Shown here: positions 9,293-18,650 of the stretch, one piece after another
Position numbering within the stretch: the first letter of the stretch is position 1
Layout: the number at the start of each line of letters is the position of its first letter
Assembly: GCA_043799545.1 (NCBI GenBank)
Contig: JAZDNO010000021.1
Location: 1-49,653, forward strand
From: Methanobacteriota archaeon
GTDB taxonomy: Archaea; Thermoplasmatota; Thermoplasmata; SG8-5; DAIRED01
DNA length: 49,653 nucleotides
Direction: 5' to 3'
Translations under genes and position numbers: made by a program
Notes under the pieces: generated by a model
The model's database searches: none
Told to the model about the DNA's origin: nothing
The model's input: the letters and a program-made list of their open reading frames with translations, nothing else

Positions 9293-9313
9293 GGGGCCGG
9301 AGTTACCGGCCCC
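9293..9313 (-). terminator. GC hairpin overlapping the stop codon of the giant surface gene, followed by a U-rich tract
   Basis: ggggccgg-agtta-ccggcccc (8-bp stem); on the minus strand it is followed by tcaggtttttctttt. Confidence 0.55.
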
Positions 9314-12300
9314 CCGCCTCCTCCGGGTTGCCCACGTAGGAGAGTGATTTCCGCCTGCGGCGGTAGACGGCCATAGGGAGGCCCACCACAGGCGGGATAA
9401 TCGCAATCATCTCGGCCGAGAACTCGGGAACGGGGATGATGACGCTGAGAATCTGGGACCAGCCCGTGCCGTCTGCGCTTGACGCGCCCTTGTCCGGGGC
9501 ACCAGCGATTACGTCGTTGTTGTCATCGTCGTTCAGGTCGCCTGCTTTACATACGGACCAGCCAAAGTGGCCGCCCGCTTGGGTTCCGTTTTTAATGTAA
9601 TCGCAATCAGACGCTGAGATTGTACCCGACAAGCCGGACGCACCGTTGAAAACGTAGACCGCGCCAGCGTCGGTGCCACCATTGTTATTGTTGGGGGCGC
9701 CGATCACAATGTCGTCTACGCTGTCACCGCTGATGTCTCCGGCGGCGTGAACGGACCAGCCGAAGCGGTCACCCGAGGATTCGCCGGTAAAGATGACATC
9801 TGGCATTGAGCAATATATGTAGTATATTTTAATGTCATGAAATATTGGAGACATACAGACATCGGTGGTTTTCATTTCAATATTATAGCATAAATCCTTA
9901 CCCACTGTTTCCGCAGGGAATATATACCATTGGCCCCTTTTAATATCTGAAATGTTCCAAGTAGCCCCACCATCTCTGGAGAAATTCACCCAGCAATTTG
10001 TACCTATCGGTGTTGTAACATTCCAGAACGGTTTGATGGCGGAGACGTAATATGGCACGTATGTCGTAGATGACGTGTAATCTCCAGAGGTATCGAATGT
10101 GTACAGCTTTATATCATCCACATATGCAAGTGCCATCCCGTTGTCAGCTGGGCTGTTAAAGTTCCAGGGATCGGTGATGAATTGAATGTTGTCAAGGCTA
10201 GCAACCGCGGTCCTAAATGGAGTGCTCTTACGAGCTAATGCTCCATCAATGTAGAAATCAAATGTGTCTGTTGTTGCAGCATCGAAGAGGAGTTCGAAGT
10301 GGTACCATTGGCCTGGTGTGTACGGTTGAAATGAGTATACTGTTGTACCTTGCGTGTACGTCATGTAACCATCGCTAAACCCAATCTCGATTCCAATAGT
10401 GGTTCCGCTCCTCAATCTAATTGCGAATTGCTCCTGGGTGGTTCCCTGGTCAGTGCACCGCGTCCATAGGTCGAAGACGCCAACGGTCATCGCCGAGAAT
10501 GTGTCTGATATGATGTTGCATCCTATGTCTTCACTTGAACTGTTATCATAGAAAACCATGGACTTCGTACCACCATGGTATACCGCATTACTGATTGCAA
10601 TGTTGGTGCCGGACTCCTGCGTCGGAATCCCCCACGGGGGATCTCGGGGATCTCCGCCAGCTGTGGCGTTCTCCAGATTATCCTCGAACACCATGTTTAT
10701 TGTCAGGTTCAGATTGTCATCGGAAGTGGCATAGATGTTGCCCGAGGGATTTACATCCTCCAAACTGCTTCCCGTTGCCGTGAAATCGGACTGAGCCGTG
10801 TCTGACCGTGATGCTTCGGTATCGAAATCATCATCCAGCCAGGCGTAAGCTGCTCCTGCGCCTGCCAATGGAGCTCCTATTATAATGTCGCCTTTTCCAC
10901 CACCGTCCCCGTTCATGTTTCCGGCATTCGCCACGCTGAAACCGAAGTTGTTTGCGGTGATGCCGCCAATCACATGGAGATACATATGGTCGACATGAAT
11001 CGTGTCCTGGTTCGAATCGCTTGTGGAGGCGTCAATAACACCGATGTATAGAGTCCCCGTGAAAGCATCGAGCGTGGCGTCTGAATATATCTGGTACGCA
11101 TCGTCATCGGTGGTTTTTGTAACATCCAGCATCTTTGTCCATGTTGAGACTGCCCCGGTGCCGGTTGTGGAATAATAGAACCCCATGTTCTCGGAATCCA
11201 GGTTTGTGCGATACGCTTCGAGGTAGAATGACGTGTCGGATCCCGTCGCAACCAAGGAAAACGTCCATTTGTGTTCCAGCCTCACGGATGCTGGAGTGAC
11301 GGTCGTATAGACCCGCATGAAGTCAACATTCAATGTATCCTGACCGTCTCCTGAACTGACAGTATCAATCACGCCCACGTAGAACGCCCCTCCCATATAC
11401 CCTGCCGCGTCGAGGTCGAACGTGAGCGTGTTGAGTGCCTGAGTCGTGTCTGTGAACATTAAGGTCCAGGCGGCCCCTCCGACAGGGTCCGTGCCAGTCG
11501 TGGAATACCAGTACTGGAAGTTATCGTCACCTCCGCTCGCCCAGCCTACATGTGCTTGGAACTCGTACTGGTTGGCTGATGACGGGACGGTTGTGAACGT
11601 CCACTTGTGCTCGAGGCTGTAGTATGCGGGAGTTGGGGCGACTTTGGTCACATTAACGAGGTCAAGCCAGACTGCCTCACCATTGACGCCTGCCGCGCGC
11701 CATTGGATCTGGAACGCAGCGTGCAGATACTGCGAATCGGTGATTGTCTGCTGATAATGATACCAAGTATCCTCTGTTGCTTGCAGGGTTGCCAGATCGA
11801 CAATGGAATCCCAAGTGCCTGTGTTGTCATAATAATATAGGCTATAATCGCCGGCATCGCCATCATCTTCACGCCACCAGAAATCGACGGTGACGCTGGT
11901 CGCTCCAGTGGTGCTCATCGCTGGCGATTGTAACGTCCCAGTCACTCCGGGGTTGGAACCGTCGAAGTCGGCAGAGTACGTCCCGCCGTAGGCTTGCTCC
12001 GTTTCAGGGTTCCATACGGTTCCTGCAGCTTCGGTCCAACCAGTAGGCCAAGAAGTGCCTTCGAAACTCTGTGTGGCTATCAATGTGACGGTCGTGCTGC
12101 TAGCGCCGACATAGGCCTCCACAATGTTCTCGTTCGTCCCGTCCTGCGCAAGCGTGGCGGAGTAATCGTTCGTGTGCGATGCCGACTGGGTGAACGTTTC
12201 CGATGCGGTGGCGTAGTCCGAATCGTACGTCGCCGCTGCGGTGGTTTCAGTGACGCTCTCGTAACCGTCATCAGAAGTTAACGTGTTCGAGTACGTGCCA

Positions 12301-15300
12301 GACACTGTCCCGACTACCGCGCTGTCGGACCCTGCGTAATAATCTTCGGTCAAGCTCGTACCGATTGAGAGCAGTTCCTTGTAAGGGATTGATTTGATGT
12401 ACATGTGGTCGATGAAAACCGAGTTGAGCTCGGTGTTCCCAACAGTCCTGTCGGCATCCCTGACCCCCACGTAGAGGGGTCCAGAGTAATAATTCAAATT
12501 CTCGTCCGAATAAGTCTGATAACTATTGTCATCGGTGGTTTTTGTTAAGGTAACCATCTTTGTCCAATCCGAAGTTCCAACGATGCCATCTTCGACCATT
12601 GAGTAATAGAATTCGAAGTCATCCCCTTCTGAATTTGATGAATGGTAGGCATCAATATAGAAAGTGCAGTTCGAACGTTCCGGGATGGTAAATTCCCATT
12701 TATGCTCCTCGAAACTAGTCATTCTCACTACCCAGTACGCAGCATTCTCAACATAATCAATCTCGTCGGCATTATTATCCAATATCGTCAGGTTGAATGC
12801 GAAGAACACTATCTGTCCGCCGTTGGCGGTGTTGGAGTCGTCATCGTGAGCGATGATTGTGCAACCCACGTTTGTCGCCGCCCAATCCCCGACGATGACG
12901 TTGTACTCGCCAGCGTCAGCATCTATCGTTGGCCCATCGGCTTGGTAAGTGAAACCGAGCGTGGTGAGTGTAGGGTCTGCCAACGTATTCGGCGTGCTTG
13001 CAACGGGGTGGGTCGGAGTCTGTATGTCGAAGTCAGTATTCGCGGTTATCTCTGTGTTCGAATCGATATTGAGCACGTCATCCATGAACTCCGTCCAAGA
13101 TTGAGCATTGGCAAAATCCGCGATGTCCCCACCCTCGACTATCAACGGCCCACCTGCCTGGGTATAATCCGCGAGATTATCGCGCACCGCATCGCTGCCA
13201 CCCATCAAATTCATATATCGGCTTCCCGAAGACCAGACAATGAATGTGTATCCCAACCATGTCGATTCTGCATTCTCATCGGTCATGTACGATGCACTGC
13301 TCTGTTCTTCCGTAACTGTGTAACCCAACCCGGTTAAAATCGTGCTGAATAAATCTGCGCTTCCGTCGAACGCATCGTTTCCATCATCATCTATAACGAG
13401 CACCCCTGACTGGCTGGTTTCCTGGATGGACTCATACGTATCGTCCTGGGAGTGCGTATCCTCATGCGTCCCTGACACCGTGCCTTTCGACGGGATGTCG
13501 GATTCGCTTTGCCTGTTCGTCGGAGTGTAATATACGAAGGCGCGGTCCTTCCCCGGCTCCCCCACAATGACCTCGCAACCGCCAACTCCGTCGGTGTTTC
13601 CAGCAGCTGAAACGGAGATACCGAAATAGCCGTTTTCATGTTTACCCTTCAATATCATATCGGCACCGCTTGCGGTTTCAGATGCCACGGTATTCTCCCC
13701 GTAGAATACGTAAGCCCCACCCACGTTTCCTTTGATTTCCTCCGTCTCACCTGTGACAATTATGTCATCAAGATACCAATAATCGATGTTCACGGTGCTG
13801 CCTACGAATGTCCAGGACAGGTAAAGCGTGCTCGACCCGGCTCCTAGCGCCTGGGAAATCACCGCGCTCTCGGTGGTCGCAGGCACGTTCGCAGTTGGCG
13901 ACATCGTCCAGGCTGTCGACCAGGTGCTGGCGTCAGTTGAGGTTTCCAACCTTATCTCGAACGTGTTGGAGTACCAGTCTACCATGTGCTTGAAGCTGAC
14001 TGTCAACTCGGTGTAACCCGAGGTATCGATACCCGGCGTGTAATCCCGGAATGTGCCAGTTGTGGATGCATAATATCTGAAGCGCATCTCCGGTGTCGTC
14101 CCGCCGGCATAATTCGTGTTGCTCGCACCCCACCTATTGGCATCCGTCCTTGTCCAACCGGTCGGGTTCGAACCTGGTGAGACGCCGGTGAAAAACTCGG
14201 AGAAAACGTTCTGAGATGTTAATATTGGTTGGCTTCGATATGGCGCGCCGACAATGATGTCGCTGTCACCTCCATTCGAAACGTCCTCGGCACCGCTGAC
14301 GCTCGCACCGAAATTGTCCCCTGTCTCCTCGCCGGTTAGCGTCACGTCAGCGTTTGCCACAGTTATTGTTTTCGGGAGCGTGCCGCCCGTTATCGTGGTG
14401 GAATAGAATATGTAAGCGCGACCCGTGCCGGAATTATACCCTGGCGCGCCAATAATTATGTCCGGGCCTCCGCCATTGACATCCCCGGCGTCGCTGACGC
14501 TCCAACCGAAATTATCACCACTATTTGCTCCGAGGATTGTCACGTTCGCTTTCACTGCGTTGAGATACTTCGAGCTGGAAGACGTGAAGCCTTCGTAGCC
14601 GAAGAACACGTAGGCGACCCCCGTGCCACTGCTGTTTCCGGGCGCCCCCACAATCACATCGTCCACACCGTCAGCGTTGATATCGCCAGCATATGAAACG
14701 TTCCATCCGAACTTGTCGCTGGCGGTACCTCCGTAACCGGACGTCACCTCGCCCATTGTAACCATATCGCCGTTTGTCTCCGGGCCGGGCTCCCCAGACC
14801 TCCGCGCTGCCAGCTGCCCCACGTCTCGCGCCCCACCACTCTCGCTCTCGTTCCTCCAGTCGTAGTGCCGCACGCAGTACCGGTCGCCCGTCGTGTTCAT
14901 CGGGAATGAGAACTCCAGCGCGCTTCCAGTTACCCGAAGGTCGAGCGCCGAGACTTCCGTCCAGTCCCACTCGCCCGGGTTCGAGCCCGAAAAGGACATT
15001 AGCCTGGCGCGCCGCGCGACGCTTTGCTTGCCGACCATCTCCGCAACGCGGTCCGCTCCGAGCCCGTCGATTGCGTAACCGGTCGTTGTGTCGTTGTCCG
15101 TGTCGTAGTAGAACCGCAGCGAATCCATCCCGAGGTTCTGAGGCGTAGTCACCGGACCGACATACACATGCGCCCCAGTTGCGCTGTCGTCCAGCCACTG
15201 GTCTGGGCCTCCGTAGCCGTAATCGAGCGCCCCGTCGTTGTCCGAGTCCGTGTCCTGGCCGTCGGGCACCCCGTCGTTGTCGAAATCGCGCTCGTATCCG

Positions 15301-18300
15301 GGCTCGTCCTCGTCAGCCCTGCCGTCGCGGTCTGTATCTGGCCGCACGACCGGCTGCGGCTGCGTCGAACCGCCAGCCCTAGCAACGGTGTCCACGGGAA
15401 CGGGAGCGCCTGGCAGCGCACTCCCGCCGAATGATGCATACCCATACGATTCGCCCGACACGGACACCGAAGAACTTGAAACCATCGGCGCCGGACTGGA
15501 TATCGCACCTGCCCATTCGCCGAACGCACCGTCCACGACCGCACCCGCGGGAATCGTTTCCCAGTAGTGCAATTTCGTGTTGGTTTCTAGCACAAGCCCC
15601 TTGCCAGACGCGGACGAAACGGATTTCACCCTCGCCCCGAAAGCGTCGCTCGTGGTGAGCCAGTTGACCTGCAGCTCGATGAAGACAGACACGCTTGAAC
15701 CAGACGTGGCCGGGATGCTCGTCGCCAGCGCCGCGGCTCCCGATAAGAAACTCCCCTGAGCCAACTGACCGCCGTCGAGCCCGACAAGCCTGCATTCCGG
15801 GATGGAAGTGTCCGAACCGCCGACCCTCTCGACTTCGATGCTGGAAACCGTCGCGTCGCCGCTGAACGCCCTGAGAACCACAGACGAAATCCTCAGCCAG
15901 CCTGTTGTAGATTCTATATCTTGGCCGATTGATGAAACGTCGGCCGACACGGAGGCCGCGCCGGGGGCGAAGTAACAGTCCGAGAAGTCGGTGAATTGGT
16001 TGTCCCACGATTGCGAATTCGCCAGGAGGCGGATAGGCGTCTGGGGGTTGGCGGATATCGAAGACCAATCGACCTGGGTTTCCAGCTCGGGACCGGAGAC
16101 CATCGCCCCTATGCCGCTGGACTGCTGGAATCCGTTCCAGTCCCATTGGTCGGCGCCGACGAAGGAACTGAGGCCGCAGGTTGCCACGCCGCCCAGGAAT
16201 CCGCTTGCGATTAAGACGTGGTCGGCTCCGATGCCAGATACAAGATATCCGGTTGCGGAGTTGGAGTCCGAATCTATGAACACCCTGATGGTATCCAGCC
16301 TGCCCTCCTGCGCCACAGGCTCCCCGGCGAGCATCGAAGCCGCCACGGCGACGCGGATGGCAAGATAGCGCCCTCCGTTGTCCGTAGCGCTCACGGAAGT
16401 GATGTCGACGTTTCCGTTGAAGGGTGCGGGCATCGCAGCGAGGGTCGAAACCGGGATGTTCTCCCAGTCGTTGAACCTTCCGTCAATCTCGATCGGCAGC
16501 GCCGAGCTTTCCACAGTCGTCATGGAGGAGAACAGTGGCATGAGGAGCAGGCCGAAAAGAACGAGGGGGATGAGGTACAGCTTCCACTGGTTGCTCGAAG
16601 CCTGAGTCCTGTATCTGGTTCCGCCTAAGCCGTTGGTCAGCCCGTTTCCGTTTGTCAGGCCGTTCGTCATCCCGTGCGGGAAGGCTCCGAGCCCGTCGAG
16701 GTCGCCTAAGCCGTTGGTCAGCCCGTTCGTGCGGCCGCCAGCGCCGTTGGTCAAACCGTTGGTTCGCCCACGCCCAGCACCATTCACGAGGCCGTTCGTG
16801 CGACCTCGCCCCGAACCGTTGACCATCCCATTTGTTCTGCCCTTGAGACCGTTCGTAAGACCGTTTGTCCTTCCCTTGCCAGAACCGTTCACAAGGCCGT
16901 TTGTGCGACCGCGCCCAGAGCCGTTGACAAGGCCGTTGGTCCTGCCTTTCAGGCCATTGGTCCGCCCCTTGCCAGAACCGTTCACAAGACCATTCGTGCG
17001 ACCCTGCAACCCGTTTGTGCGCCCGAGCCCGTTCGTCCTGCCCTTGCCCGCTCCGTTCACCATGCCGTTCGTTCGGCCTTTGGCGAGCCCGTTCGTCATG
17101 CCGGTAGCGCGCTGCTTCGCAGCCAGGCCGTTGGTCATTCCCTTCCGCTTCGCAGGGTCGTGGGTCATCGAATCGAACTTGGCAGATTCCCTCGCCGTCG
17201 GCTCGATTTTACGCACGACCTTTGGTCTCGCGACAGGCTGGGTGAGGTCGTGTGTGAGGGAATCCAGCAGCGTCTCCTCTTCAGCCTTTGGTTGGACAAG
17301 TTGTCTGGGTTTTGGCTTGGGTTTCGCCTGCGGCGCCGTGACATCGTGGGTGATGCGGTCTATCTCGTCCTCCTCAGCCTTCACAGGCTCCCTTGGCTTG
17401 GGCGATATTGGCTTGAGGCCAAGCTCCTCGTCCGCCAGCCTGAGGGTTTCGGCCTGCACCTTGCCCTGCTCGGACTTCCACTCGTCCGTCGGCGAAAAAC
17501 CCGCAAGGGCTTCCAGCTCGCCCAACATGTCCGTGACATCGTCCTTGGTAACGTTCTTCGCCTTCTCCTCGTCGGCGCGCTTTTGGCAAGATGCCGCGAC
17601 CTTGTCCTGACCCAGCTTGGCGAACAGTTCGGCCTTGAGAGCCCATACCTCGTAAGAGGCCGGGTTGAGCTTAGTAACGTCATTGAGGGCGTTGAGCGCT
17701 TCGCGCAATCGTCCCAATCCCGCTAGAATCTTCCCCTTCTCGAGCCACAGGGCCGTGTTCGTCGAATCGAATGCAAGCTTCGCCTCTACGTCTGCGAGCT
17801 GCTTCTCCAGTGGGTTTATCTTCTGGTCGTTGAAAATCATCCCGCACTCGTAGCAGTCTCCATCCGCAGCACCGAGTATCGTCCCGCAGAGCGGGCAGTC
17901 CCTTTCAGCCATCTGCGACTTTGCCTCGGCGGGTGGGCTGGCAGCGGCGGCCTTTATCTCCTTGGCGGTTCTCTGGCCAATTCCTTTGATGTTGGCGATA
18001 TCCGTTTCCGTTGCAGCGACAATCTCTTCGAGGGATCTGAAGCCCGCAACGTACAGCGCGCTAGCCTTCATGGGTCCGATGTTGTCGAGCCTCTGGAACT
18101 CAGCCTCCACGTCGTCTCTTGACCTTGCAATTGCGCTGCCTCCGAATTCGGCAGCGAGCTCTGCGAGGATGATGGCGGGGTCGGCAGTGCCTGACATCGA
18201 TTCGTAAAGTTCCTTCGAAACGGACAATGATGTGCGGAGCATGGTTTTTCGATAGTATCCAGCAGCCTCCGAGGCCTTGCCCAGCCGGTTCAGGACATGG

Positions 18301-18563
18301 GCCTTTGCGGACGGCAGCCCGTCAATAGTAGGATCCAGCGCCTCGGCCTTGTCGAGCGCGGCCAGCGATTGCGCGAATCGTTCAAGGTCGCTCAGGACCA
18401 GGGCTCTGGCGTACCATATCCTTGCGTTCTTCGGGTCTTTCTGGAGCAGGCTCTCCTGCTTGCGGAGGATGTCCTCCTCTTTGTTCGATGCCGAGGGTGG
18501 CTCGGTGGACTTGCTCCACTTAGCGACAAAATCCTCACCGAACTTCTTTTCCTTCTTGTCCAT
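9303..18563 (-). CDS. Giant (~3090 aa) membrane-spanning surface protein: TPR-HhH-zinc ribbon-TPR, [TV]NG repeats, TM, DOMON/CBM9-like pair, FG-GAP propeller with inserted domains, PEF-CTERM
   Basis: Uninterrupted ORF. TPRs (NARIWYARALVLSDL, NTALWLEKGKILAGL); tandem HhH (LDNIGPMKA, IKGIGQRTA); TM LYLIPLVLFGLLLMPLF; 7 FGxSV..GDxNxDG..DxIxGAP repeats; DxDxDG Ca-binding loops; C-terminal VPEF-hydrophobic-RRRRK. Start is ATG 18563 or 18587. Confidence 0.88.
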   Translation of the reverse strand: MDKKEKKFGEDFVAKWSKSTEPPSASNKEEDILRKQESLLQKDPKNARIWYARALVLSDLERFAQSLAALDKAEALDPTIDGLPSAKAHVLNRLGKASEAAGYYRKTMLRTSLSVSKELYESMSGTADPAIILAELAAEFGGSAIARSRDDVEAEFQRLDNIGPMKASALYVAGFRSLEEIVAATETDIANIKGIGQRTAKEIKAAAASPPAEAKSQMAERDCPLCGTILGAADGDCYECGMIFNDQKINPLEKQLADVEAKLAFDSTNTALWLEKGKILAGLGRLREALNALNDVTKLNPASYEVWALKAELFAKLGQDKVAASCQKRADEEKAKNVTKDDVTDMLGELEALAGFSPTDEWKSEQGKVQAETLRLADEELGLKPISPKPREPVKAEEDEIDRITHDVTAPQAKPKPKPRQLVQPKAEEETLLDSLTHDLTQPVARPKVVRKIEPTARESAKFDSMTHDPAKRKGMTNGLAAKQRATGMTNGLAKGRTNGMVNGAGKGRTNGLGRTNGLQGRTNGLVNGSGKGRTNGLKGRTNGLVNGSGRGRTNGLVNGSGKGRTNGLTNGLKGRTNGMVNGSGRGRTNGLVNGAGRGRTNGLTNGAGGRTNGLTNGLGDLDGLGAFPHGMTNGLTNGNGLTNGLGGTRYRTQASSNQWKLYLIPLVLFGLLLMPLFSSMTTVESSALPIEIDGRFNDWENIPVSTLAAMPAPFNGNVDITSVSATDNGGRYLAIRVAVAASMLAGEPVAQEGRLDTIRVFIDSDSNSATGYLVSGIGADHVLIASGFLGGVATCGLSSFVGADQWDWNGFQQSSGIGAMVSGPELETQVDWSSISANPQTPIRLLANSQSWDNQFTDFSDCYFAPGAASVSADVSSIGQDIESTTGWLRISSVVLRAFSGDATVSSIEVERVGGSDTSIPECRLVGLDGGQLAQGSFLSGAAALATSIPATSGSSVSVFIELQVNWLTTSDAFGARVKSVSSASGKGLVLETNTKLHYWETIPAGAVVDGAFGEWAGAISSPAPMVSSSSVSVSGESYGYASFGGSALPGAPVPVDTVARAGGSTQPQPVVRPDTDRDGRADEDEPGYERDFDNDGVPDGQDTDSDNDGALDYGYGGPDQWLDDSATGAHVYVGPVTTPQNLGMDSLRFYYDTDNDTTTGYAIDGLGADRVAEMVGKQSVARRARLMSFSGSNPGEWDWTEVSALDLRVTGSALEFSFPMNTTGDRYCVRHYDWRNESESGGARDVGQLAARRSGEPGPETNGDMVTMGEVTSGYGGTASDKFGWNVSYAGDINADGVDDVIVGAPGNSSGTGVAYVFFGYEGFTSSSSKYLNAVKANVTILGANSGDNFGWSVSDAGDVNGGGPDIIIGAPGYNSGTGRAYIFYSTTITGGTLPKTITVANADVTLTGEETGDNFGASVSGAEDVSNGGDSDIIVGAPYRSQPILTSQNVFSEFFTGVSPGSNPTGWTRTDANRWGASNTNYAGGTTPEMRFRYYASTTGTFRDYTPGIDTSGYTELTVSFKHMVDWYSNTFEIRLETSTDASTWSTAWTMSPTANVPATTESAVISQALGAGSSTLYLSWTFVGSTVNIDYWYLDDIIVTGETEEIKGNVGGAYVFYGENTVASETASGADMILKGKHENGYFGISVSAAGNTDGVGGCEVIVGEPGKDRAFVYYTPTNRQSESDIPSKGTVSGTHEDTHSQDDTYESIQETSQSGVLVIDDDGNDAFDGSADLFSTILTGLGYTVTEEQSSASYMTDENAESTWLGYTFIVWSSGSRYMNLMGGSDAVRDNLADYTQAGGPLIVEGGDIADFANAQSWTEFMDDVLNIDSNTEITANTDFDIQTPTHPVASTPNTLADPTLTTLGFTYQADGPTIDADAGEYNVIVGDWAATNVGCTIIAHDDDSNTANGGQIVFFAFNLTILDNNADEIDYVENAAYWVVRMTSFEEHKWEFTIPERSNCTFYIDAYHSSNSEGDDFEFYYSMVEDGIVGTSDWTKMVTLTKTTDDNSYQTYSDENLNYYSGPLYVGVRDADRTVGNTELNSVFIDHMYIKSIPYKELLSIGTSLTEDYYAGSDSAVVGTVSGTYSNTLTSDDGYESVTETTAAATYDSDYATASETFTQSASHTNDYSATLAQDGTNENIVEAYVGASSTTVTLIATQSFEGTSWPTGWTEAAGTVWNPETEQAYGGTYSADFDGSNPGVTGTLQSPAMSTTGATSVTVDFWWREDDGDAGDYSLYYYDNTGTWDSIVDLATLQATEDTWYHYQQTITDSQYLHAAFQIQWRAAGVNGEAVWLDLVNVTKVAPTPAYYSLEHKWTFTTVPSSANQYEFQAHVGWASGGDDNFQYWYSTTGTDPVGGAAWTLMFTDTTQALNTLTFDLDAAGYMGGAFYVGVIDTVSSGDGQDTLNVDFMRVYTTVTPASVRLEHKWTFSLVATGSDTSFYLEAYRTNLDSENMGFYYSTTGTGAVSTWTKMLDVTKTTDDDAYQIYSDATLDAFTGTLYIGVIDASTSDSNQDTIHVDHMYLHVIGGITANNFGFSVANAGNMNGDGGGKGDIIIGAPLAGAGAAYAWLDDDFDTEASRSDTAQSDFTATGSSLEDVNPSGNIYATSDDNLNLTINMVFEDNLENATAGGDPRDPPWGIPTQESGTNIAISNAVYHGGTKSMVFYDNSSSEDIGCNIISDTFSAMTVGVFDLWTRCTDQGTTQEQFAIRLRSGTTIGIEIGFSDGYMTYTQGTTVYSFQPYTPGQWYHFELLFDAATTDTFDFYIDGALARKSTPFRTAVASLDNIQFITDPWNFNSPADNGMALAYVDDIKLYTFDTSGDYTSSTTYVPYYVSAIKPFWNVTTPIGTNCWVNFSRDGGATWNISDIKRGQWYIFPAETVGKDLCYNIEMKTTDVCMSPIFHDIKIYYIYCSMPDVIFTGESSGDRFGWSVHAAGDISGDSVDDIVIGAPNNNNGGTDAGAVYVFNGASGLSGTISASDCDYIKNGTQAGGHFGWSVCKAGDLNDDDNNDVIAGAPDKGASSADGTGWSQILSVIIPVPEFSAEMIAIIPPVVGLPMAVYRRRRKSLSYVGNPEEAGGR
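16622..17142 (-). repeat. Coding low-complexity repeat, about 26 copies of [LMR][TV]NG
   Basis: GRTNGLVNGSGKGRTNGL... read directly from the translation; ccgtt-rich DNA on the + strand. Confidence 0.95.
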
Positions 18564-18650
18564 GGTATAACATTCTTCTTTATGCAACTAAGGTATTAAA
18601 CAATAGAGGCAATTGATAAAACATGAAGTTACAATTATACACGTTAATGG

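Noticed and set aside
16633-17610. 325-aa Pro-rich + strand ORF
   Set aside because: It is the antisense shadow of the TNG repeat (PFVRP mirrors GRTNG) and has no independent RBS or domain.
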